The translations under genes and the position numbers were made by a program. Shown here piece after piece: positions 29,102 through 38,436 of a stretch of 43,729 nucleotides of DNA. This stretch comes from Candidatus Omnitrophota bacterium (GTDB lineage: Bacteria > Ratteibacteria > UBA8468 > MWAK01), in assembly GCA_043797665.1 (NCBI GenBank), contig JAZDPL010000071.1:1-43729 (forward strand). The letters run 5' to 3'. The notes under the pieces were generated by a model. The model had not been told where the DNA came from. It ran no database searches and saw nothing but the letters and a program-made list of their open reading frames with translations. Position 1 is the stretch's first letter; each line of letters opens with the position of its first letter.

Positions 29102-31579
29102 ATGAAAACGTACAAATGCTGTTTAATGAGATTGGCTGGTTTATGGTTGTTTATTCTGCCGTTGCGCCTCATGACGGCTGACGTTCCGCTGGTGCTGGTG
29201 CGGGACGGCAACCCGACAGTCAGCATCGTGGTGGCGAAGGAACCGTCGCGGTCAGCGGCCTTCGGGGCGATTGAACTCCAGTATCACATCCAGAAGATTA
29301 CCGGGACAGACCTGCCGATTGTGACCGACGATGTGCCGGTTTCGGGTCCGGTAGTCCTGGTGGGGGAAAGTACCTTGACCCGCCAGCGCGGGTTGAAGAG
29401 CGCTGATTTCAAACCCCAGGAGTACCTGATTCGGTTTGAGCCCAACGTCTTAATCCTGATGGGACGGGATAAGCCGGATGGAATCGCCAATTGGCGGGAC
29501 CCGGCTGTTTCGCGGGGCAACGCACCAAGTTACCAGGACTATGAGGATAACGGCTCAAACTACGCGGTCTTTGACTTCCTGGAGCGGTACTGCGGGGTGC
29601 GGTGGTATGCACCCACGGAATTAGGCATGGTCTATCCGACTACCAAGACCCTGGAAGTCCGCGGCAAGGACGTCCGACGCTCCCCGGCCTTTGAGTTCCG
29701 GCTTACGCCTATGGGCTTGTACTATTACACCTCCAGTACTATGACCGCAAACCTCTGGAACCATGCGACGGCTAACGACATCGGTTTGTGGGTTCGCCGC
29801 CTGCGGCTGGGCGGGAAAATGTATGCCGGCAACCATTCGTTCTACGGCTATTACGACCGGTTTTGGAAAAAGAATCCTCAGAACCCGGGAGTATTTGAAG
29901 AAGAACATTCTGAATATTTCGCGCAAGGTTACGACGGCAAGCCGCCGCAGTTGTGTTATACCAACCCGGCGTTAATCAAGCAGGTAGTACAGGATGCCCG
30001 CGATTACTTTGACGGGAAGGGAGCGAAGTATTGGGCGTGCGTGGGCGAGAATTATTTTTGTTTGGAACCGATGGACAGCAGCGATTACTGTAAATGCGAT
30101 ACCTGCCAGGCGTTCCTGAACAAAGACGAAGTGAATAACCAGCAGTTCAGCAACGGCAAATGCAGTAATTACATCTTTACCTTTGTCAATAAGGTGGCCA
30201 GGGAACTTAAAAAGACCCATCCGGACAAGTATGTCTCCGTTCTGGCCTATGCGAATAAAGCGCATTATCCAACCAATGTGCGGCTGGAGCCCAACGTCAT
30301 GGTGCAGATGTGCCTGCATACGCGCAACTGGTGGTGTCCGGCGATGGAGCGGTCAGATATGGCAGTTTACAAGCCGTGGGTGAAAAAGGAGAAGGGCCGC
30401 CCGTTGGCGCTCTGGCTTTACTATTTATTCCCGGAGTTTATTGCCAACGGGCAGGGTTTTCATTGTTTCCCCGGGTTTTTTGCGCATACTCAGGCGCGTC
30501 AATTCAAGATGTTTCACAAGGACGGCATTCTCGGTACGTATTCCGACGCCTGGGCGACGGGTGAACAGATAGATGCATACGTGATGTTCAAAATGCTGGA
30601 TGACCCGGACCAGGATGTTGACCAACTGCTGCATGAATTCTTCACCCGGTACTACGGGCCGGCAGCCGGCAAATACTTAGAGCAGTTCTACCGGAGGGTG
30701 GAGGAGATTTACACAAACCCCGCCAACTACCCGGAGGAAGTACAAAAAGAGGACAAGACCTTCCATCAAACCGAGGAGATTGCCTGGGGGTATCTGGGGA
30801 CAGCGGAGCGGATGGCGGAACTGGGGAAATTAGTGGAGCAGGCAGGGGCTGCGGTACAAACCGATGCGGAAAAGCAGCGCTTTGCGCTCTTTGAGCAGGG
30901 TATCTGGAAGTATATGAGCGAAGGCCGCAAGAAATATGTCGCCAAACTGCCGTTCAAGGCCGAAGTGGAGGCCTTGAAAAAATCCCTGCCGCCTTCCGGA
31001 CGGATACCGAAAGCGGACGGAACGATTGCCAACGGCGACTGCACCAGAGTTGATTGGTCTAAGGCCGCGGTCATTAAAATTTACCGTTCGGTACAGGGCT
31101 ATCCGACCGACCGCACCGTCCGCGCCCTGATGGTGCATGACGGCCGGTTCCTTTACCTGCACCTGGAAGATGCGACGGATGCAACAAAGTTGGTTGATGG
31201 CGGCGTATTCTCTGGTGACCACTGGGAGTTATTTTTCGCGGCGCAGCGCGGTAAGGAGACGTTCTTAGCGGCGCGAGAAAACCCCTACCGTCAAATAGGT
31301 ATCTCGGCAAGCGAAAAATTCGAGGCATACCTGTGGGGCGAGTCGGGCGGGTGGAACAGCGGTGTAAAGATTACGTCCACCAAGACACCCGAATCCTGGA
31401 TTATGAACCTTGCTTTCCCCCTGGATAAACTGACGGCCAGGGGAGTTAAATCCGAGGGTAAGTTATATTTCAATCTTATCCGCGGGTCCAGCCAGGGCGC
31501 AGACCCGTTGGCCTGGAGTCCGACTTTTTCCGACAATTTCCACGCACCGGAGAGATTTGGCGAACTGACCCTTGAGTAA
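29102..31579 (+). CDS. Secreted DUF4838-family protein with a C-terminal CBM9-like domain
   Basis: Signal peptide; A.ELQYH..KITG; AVFDFLERYCGVRWY; P.FEFR; HSF; QLCYTNP; MD...YCKC..C; LAY; C-terminal D.WELFF and W.MNLAFP. Start could be 29126. Confidence 0.78.
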   Translation: MKTYKCCLMRLAGLWLFILPLRLMTADVPLVLVRDGNPTVSIVVAKEPSRSAAFGAIELQYHIQKITGTDLPIVTDDVPVSGPVVLVGESTLTRQRGLKSADFKPQEYLIRFEPNVLILMGRDKPDGIANWRDPAVSRGNAPSYQDYEDNGSNYAVFDFLERYCGVRWYAPTELGMVYPTTKTLEVRGKDVRRSPAFEFRLTPMGLYYYTSSTMTANLWNHATANDIGLWVRRLRLGGKMYAGNHSFYGYYDRFWKKNPQNPGVFEEEHSEYFAQGYDGKPPQLCYTNPALIKQVVQDARDYFDGKGAKYWACVGENYFCLEPMDSSDYCKCDTCQAFLNKDEVNNQQFSNGKCSNYIFTFVNKVARELKKTHPDKYVSVLAYANKAHYPTNVRLEPNVMVQMCLHTRNWWCPAMERSDMAVYKPWVKKEKGRPLALWLYYLFPEFIANGQGFHCFPGFFAHTQARQFKMFHKDGILGTYSDAWATGEQIDAYVMFKMLDDPDQDVDQLLHEFFTRYYGPAAGKYLEQFYRRVEEIYTNPANYPEEVQKEDKTFHQTEEIAWGYLGTAERMAELGKLVEQAGAAVQTDAEKQRFALFEQGIWKYMSEGRKKYVAKLPFKAEVEALKKSLPPSGRIPKADGTIANGDCTRVDWSKAAVIKIYRSVQGYPTDRTVRALMVHDGRFLYLHLEDATDATKLVDGGVFSGDHWELFFAAQRGKETFLAARENPYRQIGISASEKFEAYLWGESGGWNSGVKITSTKTPESWIMNLAFPLDKLTARGVKSEGKLYFNLIRGSSQGADPLAWSPTFSDNFHAPERFGELTLE

Positions 31580-32006
31580 CATATTGCGGAAAAGCTGTAT
31601 GTCGTCAGCCCTTTTTGGACAAATTCGCCTGATTTAAGTTTGCAGTTTAGTATCGGTCCGGGTAGCCGTTTCCGTTAAATGTCTTCCTTCCAGATTGTAC
31701 TTCTTCCTGCGTTTCGGGGTCAACTTCCTAAACCAGAAACTAATTGCGACAGCACGTTGGGGTAAGGCCAGTAATTCAATGAATTTCAGGTTTATTAGGA
31801 ATTGTGTGGCTGATTTCTCCAGGTCCGGAAGACATACATACCATCTGTCCCTTGCGTTTGTCTTTAGGGATGTTTTCTTCAGGTAAAACGCAAACCCTTT
31901 ACCCATATTAGAAAGAGCCGGATTCTCCCTGTTGCGGTTCTTTTTGCCGAATTACAGACGTAGGGTATTTGGACTAGAGGGGAAAAACGTCAGGAAACAA
32001 AGATTT

Positions 32007-32035
32007 TTGACTCTGCTAATAATTTGTGGTATGCT
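32007..32035 (+). promoter_or_regulatory. Sigma70 promoter of the TA operon
   Basis: TTGACT-17 nt-TATGCT with an extended TG. Confidence 0.6.
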
Positions 32036-32096
32036 TTTGATAAGAATCTGGATTAACGTTTAATAAAATTTTGGTCAGAGTAAGGAGGAATGACCG

Positions 32097-32309
32097 ATGT
32101 CTACGCGACAAACATTAGAAAAAACCCCGGAATTAGTTGTCAGAGAAGGGAAGCCGGTGGCAGTGATCTTGGCTCTTGATGAATACCAAGAAATGTTGGA
32201 GAAATTAGAGGACATAGAAGACTTGAGGATGTTAAATGAGCTGAGAGCAAAACCTCTTAACTTCAAAAATCTTAATGATTTTCTGAGGGAATATAGTCCA
32301 AGTGTATAA
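32097..32309 (+). CDS. Type II antitoxin (Phd/YefM-like)
   Basis: AAGGAGG RBS; GKPVAVIL..DEY..MLE.LED.EDL; overlaps the toxin start. Confidence 0.82.
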   Translation: MSTRQTLEKTPELVVREGKPVAVILALDEYQEMLEKLEDIEDLRMLNELRAKPLNFKNLNDFLREYSPSV

Positions 32310-32556
32310 CATCTATCTTGAACGGACCGCGGAGAGAGACCTAAAACGGCTACAAAGTCAAGATTTTTGGCGAATCATTGAAAAGATTAAAGTCCTGAGT
32401 GATAACCCAAGACCTGCTAATTGTCGCAAGATATCTGGTTCCAAAAATGATTGGCGCATTAGAATTGGGGATTATCGAATAATCTACGAAATAGATGATT
32501 CTGCGTGTGCGGTTAAAGTATATCGGGTGAAACATAGAAAAGAAGCCTACCGATAA
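32302..32556 (+). CDS. relE: RelE/ParE-family toxin
   Basis: Y.I.....AERDL..L, L.DNPRP, WRIRIGDYRIIYEIDD and HRKEAY. Confidence 0.9.
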   Translation: MYNIYLERTAERDLKRLQSQDFWRIIEKIKVLSDNPRPANCRKISGSKNDWRIRIGDYRIIYEIDDSACAVKVYRVKHRKEAYR

Positions 32557-32579
32557 GTATTTTCTCCAATAGAACAAAT

Positions 32580-32601
32580 GTTCAATTCCCTCCGGTGGCT
32601 C
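32580..32601 (+). repeat. att-like duplicate of the tRNA-Thr 3' end
   Basis: GTTCAATTCCCTCCGGTGGCTC versus tRNA GTTCAATTCCCTCAGGTGGCTC (21/22 identical). Confidence 0.9.
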
Positions 32602-32612
32602 CGCTTCCCTAA

Positions 32613-32822
32613 TTACAGGTTCTTCAATTCCACCGGTTCCTCTTTAGGATTACAGACACCGCAGTAAAGCACGTTGTCCACCACCACTGCTTTATAGCTG
32701 TCACCAACCTTCGTATAAATATCCAGGATGTACGGCATAGCCTTGACGTGTTCTTTGCATAGACCACGGCCACAGAACTTACATACCCCGAAAGCAGGTC
32801 TCTCACAGTGCCAGCAATTCAT
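32613..32822 (-). CDS. Small Cys-rich zinc-finger-like protein (DUF2180-like)
   Basis: MNCWHC...A.GVCKFCGRGLCKEH...YCGVC; AGGAGG RBS within the end of the upstream gene. Confidence 0.8.
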   Translation of the reverse strand: MNCWHCERPAFGVCKFCGRGLCKEHVKAMPYILDIYTKVGDSYKAVVVDNVLYCGVCNPKEEPVELKNL

Positions 32823-32823
32823 T

Positions 32824-35800
32824 TTAGTACCCTCCTTTTTTCAATTCGTGGATTCGTCGGCTGGATACCCGCTCTATCTTTTTCGTAATAAAGGGATTGT
32901 TACCCAGCAGGCTTGAAAAGTTTTCCCGGGTAAGCGTTAAAAGGGTTACCGCCGTTTTACTCTTTACGGTTGCGGTTCTCGGCACGTCAAACACCAGTGC
33001 AATCTCACCGAAATATTCGCCGGCACTTAATTCGGACACCTTTTCCGTGGAACCATCCGGACGGCGGCGGATTACTTCCAGTATTCCTTCTTTAACGAGA
33101 TAAAATTTATCTGCCATTTCGCCTTCTTTTATGATAAGCGCATCATTCGGATGCTTCTCCACCCTGAATTTTGAAGACAGGCTGCTTATCTGGACCATTG
33201 AAAATTCCTGGAACAACGGGATGTCGGACATAAACTGCAAATCCTCCCAGCCTTCCCGCAAATTGCCGGTTGTTCTGAATTGAGACCCCAGGAATGATTC
33301 GAAAGCATTTCTGTCGAGGGAGAGCAGTTCCACCTCCGTCATGCCTCTTACCGTAGCGTTTCGCTGTACGTTTTTAAGCAGCGCTTCCTCGCCAAAATAG
33401 TCCCCTTTTTCTAAATAAGCAACGACACTGGCATTCCCGTCAAGGTTTTCGTAGATAACTTCTGCCCTGCCTTTCCATATCAGATAAAATTTATCTCCCT
33501 TTTGCCCCTGCTTGATGATTTCTTGGCCGGGGCGGCAGGTTTCAAATTTAACCAGGGAAGAGAGTTTGTCTGTGTCTTCCGCGGCGAGGTGCCGGAATAA
33601 CAGTGTCCGGGACAAAAATTCCCGGCGTTCCTGGGTGGAAATTTTTGCGGAAGACCCGGGTACCTGCAGCCATCCGAGTTTAGAAATTACATAATCCTCA
33701 AATACCTCGCGGTCTTCCCAGGGCAGGGTGTCGTGAATCTTTAAGAGCATCCTTTCGACCAGGTTCTTCCCGGTTACCTTCATTATGGAACTGACAAGAT
33801 ACGTTGTGCTTTGCTGGTAGAGAGTAACTATCTGGGACATAACAGAAGCATCGAATCCACGGTGTTCAACATTAGTCTCTGTAATAGAAATGGGCCAGTT
33901 TTCTTTGTCTGCTTTACAATTAAATCTTTTCTTTACCAGTTCTGCAGTTCTCCGGCCGTAAAAATCAGCCACATCGTGGAGAAGCGAAAGAGCCGAAAAA
34001 GAGAATGATTTCTGGAGCCGCTCCCGGTCGCTTGTTGCGTCCCACCAGCCCGGCTCGAACCCTGCCGGAAGAGACAGGCGTCCATATCGGTGAACCAGGT
34101 AGTAATTCAGGAAGGAACACAGTACGAGCAAAAACGAAAGGGTAAAGAGGGTATTTGCTGAAATTTGTTGTGACGGGTTTGTGGCTACAATCCATCCGCC
34201 TTTCAACAGGGATAGAAGTGCCAGGAAGAGCATCCACCAGTAAACGTTTAATTTACTGCCCCGATAAGTTTTCAGGTTTGGCAAAAGAAAGACTAAAAAA
34301 CCTGTGGCTGCAATCAACAGGGGCGGGAAGAGCGGCAAGGCATTGGTCAGCACGACGACCAGTAGCGGGAATACAAGAAATCTGCCGGCAATGTTTTTAT
34401 GGAAAATCCAGCCGGCTAACCATAAAGTTAAAATAACGGCGATTGTGGAAAGGGAAATAAGGTAGAGATTATCCCATCTTTTCGGGAATAATACGTGGAT
34501 GGAAATAAGAACCAGCGACCCTGCCAACAACAGGGGGGATACCTGTCGGGCGTTCCGCCACAAGGGCCGCCTGACAAGCCAGTTAACCAGTGACATTACG
34601 CCCAGTACGGCTATGACCACAAAGAAAATAGTCAGCGGTATCAGCAGGATGCTTAAAGCAAATAATGCCCCGATACGCGTACCGGCACTGACGCTGACAA
34701 CCAGGTCTTCAAGCATCAAATTCTGTTTTGTTTTAATGAGATAGAGAAAAATTTTCGTGGTGGCAACAATCCAGATTAGACCGGAGAATAAAAGGCTTAA
34801 ATACCCATTCTCGGCCGGGGACAACTTTTCCTCCCGCCAGAATTTTGCCCGGAGGTCTTTTTTGAAAGCCACGACGGTTCTTCTCCGCAGGTTTTCAACG
34901 TTGAACCAGTCTTTAAGCAGCCGGTAGCCATCCAAATCCAGCAGCGGCGAAAACTGGATAAAAATACGCAGATAGCAGACCAGTGTAAGCGTGAATATTA
35001 TCTGGTTCGTCAAATCAGCCGGACGGACTGCCAGGGAGATAATGCTGAGCAACCCCGCAAAACCAAATTGTATCAAAAACCCGGCCCAGGTCAGCCGCAT
35101 CCTTACCTGGTTGTCCATCAGACATCGGTCCCGTTTATCTAAGAAGACGTTGGGCAGACCCAGATAAAATCCGAGGCCGGACTTCCTGGGCTTTAGTTTT
35201 AATGCCTTAAAATAAGCGGCGTATGAACCTTCGTAAAGGAACGAACCCGCCAGATTGGCCAGGATTATCGTGATGAAACCGAGGGCATACGAATTTAGCA
35301 GTTTCAAGGGGGTGTAAAGACCCTGCGTACCGGTAAGAATAAAAAAGATGAAGCCGGCGATGCCCGCTAAGACCAGCCATAATTTCCCTGATTTGGTTGA
35401 AAAAATCCGTATATAGGGAGTAAATAACCAGGATAAGAGGTTATCTAAATGCCTGATTTCCACTTTTTTTACCGCGATGGTACGTCTCCAGCGGTTCAGT
35501 TTTGCAACGGACGAACGTTTGGCTATTTCCTCTTTGACCTGGGAAAAGATGCCCGCCGGTGTTGTTTTAAGAAAATAATTATTTCTGAGGTCGTTCAAGA
35601 AATGTGCCACCCTTTCCATTCCCAGGGAACCATATTTTTCCAGGTATTTGCTGAGGATAATGCTGACATTGTTGGAGCCATCGATAATGTTCCAGATGAA
35701 GAAGTTTTTTTCATCTATGGTGAGGTATGTTTCCTTCGGTTCATTTTTCAAAACCCAGGACTTCTTTCCTGCCCGGTCCGAAACGCGGTATTCTGAGACC

Positions 35801-35886
35801 CCTTCTGCTTTTACGAATACCGATTCAAGCAGGTCCATTTCTTTCTTCATCTGTTGCCATATCTCCGGCTTTTTGTCGTTTTTCAT
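32824..35886 (-). CDS. Polytopic membrane protein: PqqD-like winged helix, degenerate M50 peptidase-like domain, two cyclic-nucleotide-binding domains
   Basis: FIWNIIDGS..V..I (PqqD-like); YEGSY at the HExxH position and F.PLL.LDGY; many TM segments; two II.QG..GDKFYL...G.YFGE.AL....R.ATV repeats. The start overlaps the upstream stop (ATGA). Confidence 0.8.
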   Translation of the reverse strand: MKNDKKPEIWQQMKKEMDLLESVFVKAEGVSEYRVSDRAGKKSWVLKNEPKETYLTIDEKNFFIWNIIDGSNNVSIILSKYLEKYGSLGMERVAHFLNDLRNNYFLKTTPAGIFSQVKEEIAKRSSVAKLNRWRRTIAVKKVEIRHLDNLLSWLFTPYIRIFSTKSGKLWLVLAGIAGFIFFILTGTQGLYTPLKLLNSYALGFITIILANLAGSFLYEGSYAAYFKALKLKPRKSGLGFYLGLPNVFLDKRDRCLMDNQVRMRLTWAGFLIQFGFAGLLSIISLAVRPADLTNQIIFTLTLVCYLRIFIQFSPLLDLDGYRLLKDWFNVENLRRRTVVAFKKDLRAKFWREEKLSPAENGYLSLLFSGLIWIVATTKIFLYLIKTKQNLMLEDLVVSVSAGTRIGALFALSILLIPLTIFFVVIAVLGVMSLVNWLVRRPLWRNARQVSPLLLAGSLVLISIHVLFPKRWDNLYLISLSTIAVILTLWLAGWIFHKNIAGRFLVFPLLVVVLTNALPLFPPLLIAATGFLVFLLPNLKTYRGSKLNVYWWMLFLALLSLLKGGWIVATNPSQQISANTLFTLSFLLVLCSFLNYYLVHRYGRLSLPAGFEPGWWDATSDRERLQKSFSFSALSLLHDVADFYGRRTAELVKKRFNCKADKENWPISITETNVEHRGFDASVMSQIVTLYQQSTTYLVSSIMKVTGKNLVERMLLKIHDTLPWEDREVFEDYVISKLGWLQVPGSSAKISTQERREFLSRTLLFRHLAAEDTDKLSSLVKFETCRPGQEIIKQGQKGDKFYLIWKGRAEVIYENLDGNASVVAYLEKGDYFGEEALLKNVQRNATVRGMTEVELLSLDRNAFESFLGSQFRTTGNLREGWEDLQFMSDIPLFQEFSMVQISSLSSKFRVEKHPNDALIIKEGEMADKFYLVKEGILEVIRRRPDGSTEKVSELSAGEYFGEIALVFDVPRTATVKSKTAVTLLTLTRENFSSLLGNNPFITKKIERVSSRRIHELKKGGY

Positions 35887-36335
35887 AACCCTGTTTCGCA
35901 AATAGACATTTTATTTTCAAGAAGCCCCAGTCCTCTCTTCATATTATCGCCATCCCGGATAAGATACAAATCATCTTGTGTTTCCGACTGTTTGTCCGGG
36001 CCAAAACTTCTGATTTCGTAACCATTTTCACTTCGGTGGTAACATAAGTCATTGTCCCAGAAATCCTTGCCTACCTTTCTGAGTCCACCTTTGGAAGTAA
36101 AATTTCCCTCCATAAATTGTTTAAACTCCTCGTCGGCCGGATATGCTTTGGACGAACCGGCATCCACCGCCTCCATGATTTCATGTCGCTGCAAGGCCTG
36201 GTCTATTTCCACCAGTTCATTGCCGGTAATGGTATATTTAACCGAATTTATCAGGTTCAAAATGGTTTCCTTACCAGTTTTACCCAGACTGGTTATACTA
36301 CCGATAACCAACAATGTGGCAATCAATTTAAACAT
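35883..36335 (-). CDS. GspG/T2SSG-like pseudopilin C-terminal domain protein
   Basis: DFWDN.L.Y......YEIRSFGPD....T.DDL matches the DPWG...S.GPDG..GT.DDI signature; N-terminal hydrophobic segment without a G|FTLxE site. Confidence 0.65.
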   Translation of the reverse strand: MFKLIATLLVIGSITSLGKTGKETILNLINSVKYTITGNELVEIDQALQRHEIMEAVDAGSSKAYPADEEFKQFMEGNFTSKGGLRKVGKDFWDNDLCYHRSENGYEIRSFGPDKQSETQDDLYLIRDGDNMKRGLGLLENKMSICETGL

Positions 36336-36464
36336 AGGGAATTTTTCCGTCTCAGCCGGAGATATTATATCTTATAAAGTATGAGATTTTCAATACCTTT
36401 TTATGGTAAAATTAAGTGGTAAGTCTGTGTAAAATAATCTTGTGACCAATCAACATAGCTACAA

Positions 36465-37349
36465 ATGAATGAAGAAGCGTTCCGCGAGATAGAGGATTTA
36501 GGAATCCTGAAGCGCTTTCAGGCAGACCTTAAACTTTTGACCGGCCTGGGGTTTGACTTCATCGATACCCAGGCAAAACACTCCCTGCCCTTAAACGCCA
36601 TTAAGAAATATACCCCTTTTTGCAGTCTTGTCCACACCAAACCTTTAGGCAGAACCGCCTGTGAGGAATCTACCCTGAAAGCAGTGGCGCAATGTCTGAA
36701 GACAAAACAGCCGGTAATGTCCAACTGCCATTTAGGCCTGGTAGACGTGTACATCCCCCTGATTATCCACAACACCGTGACCGGGGTTCTGACTACCGGA
36801 CAGTTCCTTTTTTCAAAACCAGATGCCCCCGGTTTTAACCGCATAAAAAAGAGGATGGCTGGCTTTGGTTTAAACCTGAGCAGGGCGAAAGCCGATTATC
36901 TCTCCATCCCGGTCATCAAAAAGGAACGCGTAAAGGCAATCGTTGACCTCATCAATGTGGTCATAGAGTACATCCGGGAAGCGGAACACAAAATTCTGGT
37001 GGCGGGAGACGTTACCCGGAAAGATAAACTAAGACAGGCACGGGAATTTATTGAATCTAAGTACACGCAGGACATTTCTCTGGCTGACGCGGCTTCCGCA
37101 GTCAACCTTAGCCCCTCCCGATTATCGCATCTTATGAAAGAGAGGTTAAATACTAATTTTACTGCTTACCTCAACGACCTGCGGGTTCACTGGGCAAAGT
37201 TCTTTCTGACTAACACCAACCTCAAAATCATTGAGGTCGCCTCCCGGGTCGGGTTCGGAAACCTCAGCCATTTCAATCACCTCTTCAAAGAAAAGGTCGG
37301 TCTCTCACCCCTCCGGTTCCGAAAACAGCAGAATAGTACAAGAATTTAG
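36465..37349 (+). CDS. AraC-family regulator with a PocR-like sensory domain
   Basis: FC.LV....G...C, CHLGL....P.......G....GQ; C-terminal double HTH ...EVA..VGF.N.SHF...FK...G.SP..FR. Confidence 0.9.
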   Translation: MNEEAFREIEDLGILKRFQADLKLLTGLGFDFIDTQAKHSLPLNAIKKYTPFCSLVHTKPLGRTACEESTLKAVAQCLKTKQPVMSNCHLGLVDVYIPLIIHNTVTGVLTTGQFLFSKPDAPGFNRIKKRMAGFGLNLSRAKADYLSIPVIKKERVKAIVDLINVVIEYIREAEHKILVAGDVTRKDKLRQAREFIESKYTQDISLADAASAVNLSPSRLSHLMKERLNTNFTAYLNDLRVHWAKFFLTNTNLKIIEVASRVGFGNLSHFNHLFKEKVGLSPLRFRKQQNSTRI

Positions 37350-37411
37350 CCTGCCAGCAGTAGACACACCTGCTACTTTTATTCTAAACTAATACAAACA
37401 CATTATTGAAA

Positions 37412-37470
37412 TGTAGGGGCGACATTTATGACGCCCGTACCCTGCGGGTTTGATAAATCAAACCCCTACA
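37412..37470. repeat. GTAG-type REP doublet in inverted orientation
   Basis: GTAGGGGCG..ATTTAT..CGCCC / GGGTTTGATAAATCAAACCCCTAC; related to 43658-43707. Confidence 0.75.
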
Positions 37471-37490
37471 AAACTTGCTCAGAGGAATAA

Positions 37491-37537
37491 TTATGGAAAC
37501 GTTGGGGTATGAGTGGCCGGGCGCCTATTTTGTCGGT
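37491..37537 (+). repeat. 47-bp direct repeat, left copy (orphan 5' end of the DegT gene with its RBS)
   Basis: 46/47 identical to 42346-42392. Preceded by AGAGGA. Reads METLGYEWPGAYFVG and then stops at 37573. Confidence 0.97.
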
Positions 37538-37675
37538 AGGGCGTATCAAGTTAGTAGTGCATCCCTATCGTAAACAACAGAACTGTACTGAAACGTAAGG
37601 CAAGCCCTGAAATTTATTCAGGACAGCATTGAAAAACGTAGTGTGACCCTTTCAGGGTCGCCAGAGGAGGTTCAG

Positions 37676-38401
37676 ATGATACGAGATTCTTCACCTTTGG
37701 CTCAGAATGACAGAGGGCATGCCTTCACACTTATCGAACTTTTGGTCGTTATTGCGATTATCGCCCTTCTGGCGGCGATGTTACTGCCAGCACTGTCTCA
37801 AGCCAGGGAGAAAGCAAAACAGGCACAGTGCATGAATAATTTGAAACAGTTGGGATTAGGTTATTTTATGTATACGCAGGACTACGATGATAACATCCCT
37901 GCTTTGACATATAATTTAAATTACTATGAAAGTTGGCTGGATGGCGAATATGCTTATACGGGAGCTCGTCTATTAAAAAATTTAGGTTATATTGGTAACT
38001 ATAAAATTGGCTGGTGTCCCAGTGCTAAAGGTTGGTATTCCTTATCTAAAAGTTCGCAACTCGCTGGTTATTTTATGCGTCTGTTCTATTTTGACGGAGT
38101 TTACTCTTGGAATAATCAGAGTAATTCTTGGCACTGCATGAAACTGGGTAGGATACGTAACCCGTCGGGAACAATGTTACTGGCGGATCCGGTCTGGGAC
38201 AACTTCCTTGGTGCCTTTCCTCATGGCAATAACAACTTCAATGTCCTCTTCTGTGATGGGAGTGTACGTCATGTTGTAGACAACGGGCTTACAGTATACA
38301 ACTATGTCTCAATTGAACCCGCATGGAATTGGGAAAGTCCTTGTCGTACCACAGGTAGATATGTAGAAATGGCTGCCGGAAACTCTCAGCCGGAGTTTTA
38401 G
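37676..38401 (+). CDS. Prepilin-type cleavage/methylation + H-X9-DG-like protein (DUF1559-like)
   Basis: GAGGAGG RBS at 37664-37670; [52 protein letters not shown]. Confidence 0.92.
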   Translation: MIRDSSPLAQNDRGHAFTLIELLVVIAIIALLAAMLLPALSQAREKAKQAQCMNNLKQLGLGYFMYTQDYDDNIPALTYNLNYYESWLDGEYAYTGARLLKNLGYIGNYKIGWCPSAKGWYSLSKSSQLAGYFMRLFYFDGVYSWNNQSNSWHCMKLGRIRNPSGTMLLADPVWDNFLGAFPHGNNNFNVLFCDGSVRHVVDNGLTVYNYVSIEPAWNWESPCRTTGRYVEMAAGNSQPEF

Positions 38402-38436
38402 GCATTTCGGGAAACTAAAGGAAGAAAAAAGGGAAT

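Larger units (their letters stand above)
16108..32601. mobile_element. ~16.5-kb genomic island integrated at the tRNA-Thr 3' end
   Basis: 22-bp direct repeat (16108-16129 and 32580-32601, one mismatch); integrase remnant at the tRNA end; RelBE-type pair at the far end; heterogeneous GC content. Confidence 0.82.

Noticed and set aside
31634..31906. 90-aa minus-strand ORF and overlapping plus-strand ORF
   Set aside because: No recognisable motif or RBS; probably island debris.
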